Origin: Proteobacteria bacterium UBA6921
GTDB lineage: Bacteria; Pseudomonadota; Gammaproteobacteria; SG8-11
Assembly (NCBI GenBank): GCA_002450895.1
Contig: DKAR01000036.1
Span: forward strand, 236 to 63,869
Reading direction: 5' to 3'
Length of the DNA stretch: 63,634 bases
The position numbers were made by a program, and so were the translations under genes. Of this stretch, positions 37,101 to 43,821 are shown piece by piece. Position 1 is the stretch's first letter, and the number at the start of each line of letters is the position of its first letter. Below the pieces are notes generated by a model that did not search any database, was not told the DNA's origin, and worked only from the letters and a program-made list of their open reading frames with translations.

Positions 37101-38501
37101 ATGTTCCGACAGACGATCATAACCGCAGCCGCTGCCGTCGCAATGATTCCCGCGGCAGCCTGTGCAACGACCGGCCCAAGCAGCTCGCAAACACCTTACC
37201 TCACGCCGTCTGCAGCGGGTGTTGAATTCACTTCGATCCTGACCGTTGGCGATACCGTGAAGAAGAAAAACAAGGGCAGTGAAACGTATCGCATGGTCGG
37301 CATCCCCGATGGGCTGGGAGCCTATGATAACGGCGATGGCACAATCACCGTTTTGATGAATCAGGAACTCGGCAGCTCACTTGGTGCGGTTCGTGCGCAT
37401 GGTTCGAAGGGTGCTTTTGTCTCGCAATGGACGGTTCGCAAGAGCGACCTCGCCGTTCTCAAAGGCAAAGACCTGATGGAGAACGTTGTCCTCACTTCCG
37501 GTGGCTCGACGGCGTTCAACCGCTTCTGTTCCGCGGATCTCGCCGCAACGACGGCCTACTTCAACAGCACCAGCGGCAAAGGCTTCAACGAAGGCCGTAT
37601 CTTCCTGAACGGTGAAGAAACCTCCGGCGGCCGCGCCATGGCGCACATGGCATCAGGTCGCGATCAGGGCACCAGCTATGAGTTGGCGGCGCTGGGCACC
37701 GCGGCGTGGGAAAACCTGGTGGCCAGCCCGTTCGAACAGGACAAGACCGTCGTCGCGGGAATGGATGACGGTTCGATCGGCGCCAGCAAGGTTTACATCT
37801 ACGTCGGGCAAAAGCAGGAAGAAGGCAGCCCGATCGAAATGGCCGGCCTGACCAATGGGACGAGCTTCCAGGTGCTCGTGCAAGGTGCGGCGACTGAAGC
37901 TTCGATTGGTAATGACTTCTCCGGCGCGTTCTCGCTGGTCACCACCGGCGGCACCGGCCTGAACCGCGTGGAAGACGGCGCATGGGATACTGTGAATCCG
38001 AACCGCTTCTACTTCGTGACCACCGACAGCTTCAACGGTAACACCCGGCTGTGGCGCATGACGTTCAGCGACATCACCAACCCGACCGCGGGCGGCATGA
38101 TTGAGGTGCTCGTCAACGGTGTGGTGGACGGACAGAAGATGATGGACAACATCACCGTGGATGCGGCCGGCAACGTCTACATGCAGGAAGACGTCGGCAA
38201 CAACGTTCGTCTGGGCAAGATCTGGAAGTACGACACCACCGGCGCGCTGACGGAACTTGCCGAGCATGACGCCAACCGCTTTATCAACGGCGCCCCCGGA
38301 GACATCGACGGCAGCGCAACCAAGGCGGAAGACGAAGAGTCCTCCGGCATCATCGAAGTTACGAGCATGTTCGAAGGCGTCGACGGCTATGACACCGCGA
38401 ACAACCGCTACTTCCTGCTCGACGTCCAGGCGCACTACGCGACCGGCGACGCCGAAACGGTGGAAGGCGGCCAGTTCCTGATGATGAAGGCGCCCAAGTA
38501 G
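37101..38501 (+). CDS. Secreted beta-propeller protein, PhoX/DUF839-like putative phosphatase (tentative)
   Basis: Signal peptide MFRQTIITAAAAVAMIPAAACA. YRMVGIPDGLGAYDNGDGTITVLMNQELG...GAVRAHGSKGAFVSQWTV resembles the N-terminal signature I associate with DUF839/PhoX proteins. The Pho boxes upstream support a phosphate-scavenging role. Confidence 0.45.
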   Translation: MFRQTIITAAAAVAMIPAAACATTGPSSSQTPYLTPSAAGVEFTSILTVGDTVKKKNKGSETYRMVGIPDGLGAYDNGDGTITVLMNQELGSSLGAVRAHGSKGAFVSQWTVRKSDLAVLKGKDLMENVVLTSGGSTAFNRFCSADLAATTAYFNSTSGKGFNEGRIFLNGEETSGGRAMAHMASGRDQGTSYELAALGTAAWENLVASPFEQDKTVVAGMDDGSIGASKVYIYVGQKQEEGSPIEMAGLTNGTSFQVLVQGAATEASIGNDFSGAFSLVTTGGTGLNRVEDGAWDTVNPNRFYFVTTDSFNGNTRLWRMTFSDITNPTAGGMIEVLVNGVVDGQKMMDNITVDAAGNVYMQEDVGNNVRLGKIWKYDTTGALTELAEHDANRFINGAPGDIDGSATKAEDEESSGIIEVTSMFEGVDGYDTANNRYFLLDVQAHYATGDAETVEGGQFLMMKAPK

Positions 38502-38535
38502 TCACAACACGAGTTGGTTCGTTTCATCGCAACAA

Positions 38536-38565
38536 GCGGCCCGCGGACGAAAGTTCGCGGGCCGT
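38536..38565 (+). terminator. Probable terminator hairpin after the PhoX-like gene
   Basis: GCGGCCCGCG-(10 nt)-CGCGGGCCGT stem. The downstream U-tract is weak (CTCATT). Confidence 0.5.
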
Positions 38566-38660
38566 CTCATTGAGGGCCCCGGACATTGCAGGACCGTTCG
38601 TCTAAAAAATTTTTGCGTGTCGCAGTATCAGAAAAAAAGAAATTAGGAAATCGCGTTTTG

Positions 38661-39029
38661 CTAGCCACCACGAGAACTACGCAGGCGCTTGGCAAGCGAT
38701 CGCATCACCTGCAGCGAGAACATCGGTGTGTTTTGGGACAAATAGACAAACCGTTTTTCGTCAACCGGAAGGACTCGGCAGGCCGTCTTTGCAACGGCGC
38801 TTGCTGTACGCGGGCTGTTTTCAATCAATCCCACTTCTCCGAGAAACGAACCGGGACCTATCGTGTCAATTGTTGTCCCGTTATGAACAATATCAACCTC
38901 GCCTTGTTGCACGATGTACATCAAACCGCCGGCGGCGTCGCCTTGGGAAAAGATCGTTATGCCGGCAGCAACGTCGGTTCCGCCCTCGGCATGTGCGAAA
39001 ATCATCGTGGTCATATATGAGTTGTCCAA
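38661..39029 (-). CDS. Stand-alone cyclic-nucleotide-binding (CAP effector) domain protein
   Basis: 122 aa containing IFSQGDAAGGLMYIVQQGEVDI and the phosphate-binding-cassette-like GSFLGEVGLIENSPRTASAVAKT. No DNA-binding or other output domain is present. Confidence 0.75.
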   Translation of the reverse strand: MDNSYMTTMIFAHAEGGTDVAAGITIFSQGDAAGGLMYIVQQGEVDIVHNGTTIDTIGPGSFLGEVGLIENSPRTASAVAKTACRVLPVDEKRFVYLSQNTPMFSLQVMRSLAKRLRSSRGG

Positions 39030-39321
39030 TCGGCGTCGGGCCTGTTGTTCAAGCGGTTCACTATCACGCGTTCAAAACAGGCGAATTCAAAACTTCACCG
39101 TTCCCATGAGCAGGGTGCGGTGAAAACCTCAGTCATTGTTTTGCAGTTTTGTTACAGCCTTATTAAGGGCGGTCTCGGAATTGCTCCGCTGCGGCTTGAT
39201 GCAGCAGATTCCATGATTACAGACGGTTCCTGAAGAACAGTTATTTCCAGGCCACCGATGTTTGACCCGCGTCGCGCCGGCCGACCAGGCCCGTATCCGA
39301 TCGAGTACTCCATCTCGAGCT

Positions 39322-39361
39322 TGGTCACAATTTGGTCATGTTAGTGTCACCGTCCCGTTAC
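39322..39361 (+). promoter_or_regulatory. Two tandem Pho boxes upstream of the PAP2-GT4 pair
   Basis: TGGTCAC-AATT-TGGTCAT-GTTA-GTGTCAC-CGTC-CCGTTAC, four heptamers at exact 11-bp spacing. After about 10 nt comes GATATTAT. The array ends 54 nt upstream of ATG 39415. Confidence 0.7.
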
Positions 39362-39414
39362 CTTCGCGGCCGATATTATGTTCAATTTTTACGGCCGTCC
39401 CACGGGAGGCGACC

Positions 39415-39948
39415 ATGCGGATTCAAAGTCTGTTTCAGCGCATGGATGTGTATGAGCTGAGAATGTGCGAAGTCCTGAACCGGATCAGTCGTCTGGATTC
39501 AGTACGAAAGTTCTTCGTCGCAATCAGCCGTCTTGGCAACGGAGTGTTCTGGTATGTTTTGATCGCTTTGCTTCCCTTGATGCAGGGGGACGGGGCGATG
39601 ACTGCGTCTGTTCACATGACCGCGGTCGGGTTAGTCGGAGTCGCGATTTACAAATTTCTGAAGTCACGTTTGGTGCGCGAGCGGCCGTACATCAATCGAT
39701 CGACAATTTCCCTCGGCACCGCGCCGCTCGATGTTTATAGCTTTCCCTCGGGGCACACGTTGCACGCGGTTTCGTTTTCCGTCGTCGCTTTGTCGTATTT
39801 CCCGCATCTGTCGCTGCTGTTGATTCCATTTACTGCCTTGGTCGCGATGTCGCGAGTGGTTCTTGGGCTTCACTATCCCACCGATGTTGTCGCCGGCGCC
39901 GTGATCGGTTTATCCCTGGCCTACTCGAGTTTTCTGTTTGTCGGATGA
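39415..39948 (+). CDS. PAP2-family (type 2 phosphatidic acid phosphatase superfamily) membrane phosphatase
   Basis: ATG 39415 is preceded by GGGAGG. All three PAP2 motifs are present: KSRLVRERP, FPSGHT and SRVVLGLHYPTDV. The track ORF start at 39262 is over-extended. Confidence 0.85.
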   Translation: MRIQSLFQRMDVYELRMCEVLNRISRLDSVRKFFVAISRLGNGVFWYVLIALLPLMQGDGAMTASVHMTAVGLVGVAIYKFLKSRLVRERPYINRSTISLGTAPLDVYSFPSGHTLHAVSFSVVALSYFPHLSLLLIPFTALVAMSRVVLGLHYPTDVVAGAVIGLSLAYSSFLFVG

Positions 39949-39985
39949 TCCATTGAAGTCCGAAGAAAAAGACAAGCGCAGGACA

Positions 39986-41170
39986 ATGCGAATACTTTTC
40001 ATTTCAGATGTCTATTTTCCTCGGGTGAATGGCGTGTCGACGTCGATCAAGACGTTCATGGCGGCGCTGGAGCGTCTGGGTCACGAAGTATTTCTGATCG
40101 CGCCGGACTATGGAAACAATGGTCCGGATGATGCGCGCATCATGCGCATTCCGGCACGGGTTGTGCCCTTTGACCCGGAAGATCGATTCATGTCCAGCGC
40201 CGAAATCGGAAAGCGATTCGACGCGCTAAAGTCACACGGGTTTGATTTGGTGCATATCCATACACCGTTCGTCGCGCATTATTCAGGCCTTTCAATTGCG
40301 CGCGCGCTGGATATTCCGGTATTCGAAACGTATCACACGTTTTTCGAAGAGTATCTCTACCACTACGTGCCGTTCGTCCCGAAAACATGGATGCGCGCCC
40401 TGGCGCGTCGTTTCAGCCGATCGCAGTGCATGGCGGTGGATGCCGTTGTCGTTCCATCACGACCGATGCTGGATGTGTTGTTCAAGTATGGCATCCGCGC
40501 GCATATGGAAATTATTCCCACCGGACTCGAGCTGGACCGTTTCAAAGGCGGTGATGGTGCACGTTTTCGTGCAAAGCACGGAATTTCGCAAGATCGGCCG
40601 GTACTTTTGCATGTGGGTCGTGTTGCTCATGAAAAAAACATCGAGTTTCTAATGCAGGTCGTTTCACGGATACGTTCATCGGTGCGGAACATTATGTTTG
40701 TAATTGCTGGCGAAGGCCCCGCGCTTCCCAGCCTGCGTGCGATGGCGAGCGATCTGGCCCTCGACTCTAATGTGATGTTCATTGGATACATGGATCGTGA
40801 ATCTGAACTTCTGGACTGCTATTGCGCGGCGGACCTCAAGATCTTTGCGTCACGTACAGAGACTCAGGGGCTGGTACTTCTTGAAGCTATGGCGCTGGGT
40901 GTTCCGGTCGTGTCGACAGCGATAATGGGTACGCAGGATGTATTGGCTCCGGGTTGTGGCGCCGCCATCGTCAGTGAGGATGTGCAGTCCTTTGCAGACG
41001 TTGTGACTCGACTCCTGGGCAGCCCGGAAGTGCGGACCCGAATGAGCGAAGAAGGTAAAGACTACGTGCACGAATGGTCGGCCGATGCGATGGCGCAGCG
41101 CCTCTCCGGCGTTTACGCGGACGGCATCAAGTCTTCCATCGCCGCCTCGGTCGGTGTGCTTCGGTCGTGA
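39986..41170 (+). CDS. Family-4 (GT-B) glycosyltransferase
   Basis: N-terminus MRILFISDVYFPRVNGVSTSI and the EX7E region ETQGLVLLEAMALGVPVV. It starts 38 nt after the PAP2 stop. The track start at 39938 is a TTG that overlaps the PAP2 gene. Confidence 0.8.
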   Translation: MRILFISDVYFPRVNGVSTSIKTFMAALERLGHEVFLIAPDYGNNGPDDARIMRIPARVVPFDPEDRFMSSAEIGKRFDALKSHGFDLVHIHTPFVAHYSGLSIARALDIPVFETYHTFFEEYLYHYVPFVPKTWMRALARRFSRSQCMAVDAVVVPSRPMLDVLFKYGIRAHMEIIPTGLELDRFKGGDGARFRAKHGISQDRPVLLHVGRVAHEKNIEFLMQVVSRIRSSVRNIMFVIAGEGPALPSLRAMASDLALDSNVMFIGYMDRESELLDCYCAADLKIFASRTETQGLVLLEAMALGVPVVSTAIMGTQDVLAPGCGAAIVSEDVQSFADVVTRLLGSPEVRTRMSEEGKDYVHEWSADAMAQRLSGVYADGIKSSIAASVGVLRS

Positions 41171-41242
41171 GAAGAATCATCTCGGCACTAAGGCCGTTTC
41201 AAACGCCTGTGACCGGGTTGTCGAAGATAGAAACCGTGAACG

Positions 41243-41282
41243 TTGTCATCTAAACGCCATGCAGCTGTCATTATTGCGACAC
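41243..41282 (+). promoter_or_regulatory. Candidate Pho boxes upstream of the first PilZ gene
   Basis: TTGTCAT-CTAA-ACGCCAT-GCAG-CTGTCAT-TATT-GCGACAC. The two strong heptamers are 22 bp apart, in register with two weaker ones. An AT-rich candidate -10 (CACTATTTAT) follows. Confidence 0.45.
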
Positions 41283-41334
41283 GCTCACTATTTATTGTGG
41301 TCGCAGAACGGCAATCGACGAGGAGCTCCTGACG

Positions 41335-41667
41335 ATGGAACACCGCTACAACAAGCGATTCAATGTCGAGTTTAGCGTCCTGGTGGTTGTGCGCGACAAG
41401 GGTGTTCGTATCGGCACGGCCCGCAACCTGTCTCTCGAGGGCATGTTCGTCTCTCTTCCGGATTGGTCTTTGGCGCTCGGGACAATGCTCACGTTGAAGC
41501 TGCGCGTGAATGGTGTGCTGGAAACGATGCGGGCGATGGTCGTGCATAGCGGTGATGGAGGTGTTGGCGTTTTTTTTCGCGACATGGAGCCGATGCGGCG
41601 TGCCGGATGGCATCGGGTTCCTGCGCTGCTCGACGAGGACGGCACGTACTGGATGGATGTCGGTTGA
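41335..41667 (+). CDS. Single-domain PilZ (c-di-GMP-binding) protein
   Basis: RxxxR (RYNKR) at the N-terminus and D/NxSxxG (NLSLEG) about 25 residues later. 110 aa. Confidence 0.7.
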   Translation: MEHRYNKRFNVEFSVLVVVRDKGVRIGTARNLSLEGMFVSLPDWSLALGTMLTLKLRVNGVLETMRAMVVHSGDGGVGVFFRDMEPMRRAGWHRVPALLDEDGTYWMDVG

Positions 41668-41719
41668 CTCCGGGAACAACAAAACGGTTTTGCATTAATC
41701 AACTCACGAGAAAGACTCT

Positions 41720-42106
41720 ATGGATACTTACGAATTCCTGACTGCGACCGATCGAGCCTTAATTCAGGCAACTCAGCCCCTGCGACGCTCCAACCGTCGG
41801 GCTTGCGAACGCCTCAATACGGATCTGTACGTTGCTTTGCGACTGTCCGGCAAATTGATTGTTCAAGGTCGAGTAAGCAATATTTCCCGGCACGGAATTT
41901 TTGTTGAAGTGCCGGTGGATCTGTTGCCGGAGTCGGGTCAAGTTGAATTACGCTCCTACCAGGGCGACGTCATGTTGTCCGCGTCTGGCGATATCGTGCA
42001 CAAGACAGCCGAAGGTGTCGGGATCAGTCTGCGCGGGCCGATCATGATGTATGAAATGATTGAGGGCGCGCAGTATGCACTCGATCCGGTCGCGATCGCG
42101 GTGTAA
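41720..42106 (+). CDS. Single-domain PilZ (c-di-GMP-binding) protein
   Basis: RRSNRR followed by NISRHG. 128 aa. Confidence 0.7.
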   Translation: MDTYEFLTATDRALIQATQPLRRSNRRACERLNTDLYVALRLSGKLIVQGRVSNISRHGIFVEVPVDLLPESGQVELRSYQGDVMLSASGDIVHKTAEGVGISLRGPIMMYEMIEGAQYALDPVAIAV

Positions 42107-42178
42107 CAACATACCAAGTTTCTCTCCCCCCACGAAGACAAACAGAAGTATCCCCCCCACTGTTCAGATTGAACGCGA

Positions 42179-42206
42179 GGCGCCCCAAAAGGGCGCCTTA
42201 TTTTTT
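42179..42206 (+). terminator. Rho-independent terminator of the PilZ pair
   Basis: GGCGCC-ccaaaag-GGCGCC followed by TTATTTTTT. Confidence 0.75.
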
Positions 42207-42420
42207 GAAACAAATTCGTCAATTCGGATTCAACACAGTGTCACTCCTCGCAGTTACAACTGTCGCCGCGGAGTGATGTGAAACCCGCGTTCACCCTCGG
42301 CGCTCCAGCCAACAGGAAACGCACGCGCAAAAGGCGCAACACGAGGCATTACGACGTACTACAAGGATCTTCGCACCGGAAATTGGTGCGAATCGGCCAG
42401 GGATCTCTGGGCCTGTAAAA

Positions 42421-42458
42421 CGGACTGTCGCGTTGCAGCGCGGCAGTCCGTTTTTTTT
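42421..42458 (+). terminator. Strong orphan rho-independent terminator with no plus-strand CDS upstream
   Basis: CGGACTGtCGCG-ttgcag-CGCGgCAGTCCG followed by T8. Confidence 0.75.
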
Positions 42459-42718
42459 GGCGCGGCTAGTGCCAATACCGTTTATGCGGTGAGGGTGCAG
42501 CGCTCTTCCGCCACTTCACGCTTTTTTCGATCGTTCGCTGTTTCAGTCCAGTTCCTTTAAGAATGTTCCCGGTTTGGGCCACAACTGTGTATGACAGTGT
42601 CATCTCTCCGCCATCTCTTCGAAATGCTTGTTTCATTTCTCTGTCATGCATTGCGGCGAAATTTCGCAACGTAGATTGAGTTTGTTCGCATCACCCATTG
42701 AGCAAAGGCGGAAATACG

Positions 42719-43189
42719 ATGGAACTTAAAAAGCAGAACATTTCGCTACGCATGAACACTTCAGACCTGCGCAAGATCAAGCAGATTGCGCAACGTCTCG
42801 GAGCGCGTGAATCGGATGTCTTTCGGTTCGCGATCAAATCGACACTGGCCAAACTTTCGCCGCTATGCGAACTGCAAGCGCACGGCAGCGACCTGGTTCC
42901 GGTGTTTATGGAGGTGGGACCGGAATTGGCGAAGTACTTCGATCTGGATTCGTCCCGGCTGGATCGGATTATCAATGACGGAGTTCTGGATCCCACAAAA
43001 CGAGTCGACCGCGATGATCTGGAGCTCCTCGCGCTGTCGGGTCTCGAGGCGAACTACATGGTCCTGAAGTTGCGGGAGCGCGGTGCGCGGCCCGCGACGG
43101 CGACCGACGGCCCCGCAACGGTTTTGCGCGAGTACTTACTGCAAAAGTACCTGGCGCGCGCCGTTGCTGCGGAACGCCAGATTGCTTAA
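42719..43189 (+). CDS. Hypothetical protein with an N-terminal ribbon-helix-helix-like segment
   Basis: MELKKQNISLRMNTSDLRKIKQIAQRLGARESDVFRFAIKSTL has a strand-helix-helix pattern typical of CopG/Arc-type regulators. ATG 42719 has an AGGCGGA Shine-Dalgarno-like sequence; the track start at 42698 is a TTG. Confidence 0.45.
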   Translation: MELKKQNISLRMNTSDLRKIKQIAQRLGARESDVFRFAIKSTLAKLSPLCELQAHGSDLVPVFMEVGPELAKYFDLDSSRLDRIINDGVLDPTKRVDRDDLELLALSGLEANYMVLKLRERGARPATATDGPATVLREYLLQKYLARAVAAERQIA

Positions 43190-43223
43190 CCAAAAGAACG
43201 AATACACCAAGGAGGAGCACGCC

Positions 43224-43730
43224 ATGAATTCAGTATCCGGTTGCCGGAATGTGCTGAGCAGTGCTGTCGCAGCACTGACTCTGACTTTTTCCGCCGTCGC
43301 ATCTGCGAACAATGTTGTTTACGAAGACGTCGATTTTTTTGAAGGGAAAGGGTCCAGCAGTGAATCGTTCCATATTGATACCACGGGACTCTATCAGGCC
43401 ACGTTGACGGACTTTCAGTTTCCCAGTTCTTTCTCCGGCAACTTCGCACTCGGGGTCGCGACGGGTGGAAATTCAATGGTGGGCACCACGAACGGAAGTG
43501 GCAGTTTCACCTTTCAGGCCGCCCCGGGGACGTATTGGGCGAACGTTTATGGTGTAACTGCAGGACCGCTTGATCTCGGTTTGTATGGCATTCGTATTGA
43601 ACAAATCATGGCAACGCCACTCCCGACTGCAATGCTTTTGTTGTTCTCCGGACTGGTTGCTTTGGTCGGTGTCGGGCGCGGGGGAGCGCGCCTGACCCCA
43701 CCAATGTTCCCTTTGCAGGCAACGGCTTAG
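43224..43730 (+). CDS. Small secreted protein with a PEP-CTERM-like C-terminal tail
   Basis: ATG 43224 is preceded by AGGAGG, and the signal peptide is ...AALTLTFSAVASA. The C-terminus is ATPLPTAMLLLFSGLVALVGVGRGGAR plus a 14-aa extension. The track ORF start at 43083 is over-extended. Confidence 0.6.
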   Translation: MNSVSGCRNVLSSAVAALTLTFSAVASANNVVYEDVDFFEGKGSSSESFHIDTTGLYQATLTDFQFPSSFSGNFALGVATGGNSMVGTTNGSGSFTFQAAPGTYWANVYGVTAGPLDLGLYGIRIEQIMATPLPTAMLLLFSGLVALVGVGRGGARLTPPMFPLQATA

Positions 43731-43821
43731 TGATGCGGACTGTGGCTGAAATAATTCGGTCACAGTCCTCGCGTAGCCTAATTACTCGTTAACAAACAGA
43801 CGGTTGTAGGCGGATTGAAGT

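Noticed and set aside
42207-42420. c-di-GMP (GEMM-type) riboswitch downstream of the PilZ genes.
   Set aside because: The conserved GEMM-I core elements, as I remember them, are not present, and no gene follows on the plus strand before the terminator. I kept the interval only as a generic sRNA candidate.
42466-43189. Toxin-antitoxin pair formed by the 67-aa minus-strand ORF (42466-42669) and the RHH-like protein.
   Set aside because: The genes are divergent rather than co-oriented. The small ORF has no toxin-family motifs that I recognise, and its 5' end (the high-coordinate part next to the RHH gene) coincides with the palindromic TCGAAAT motifs, so this stretch is more likely regulatory DNA.
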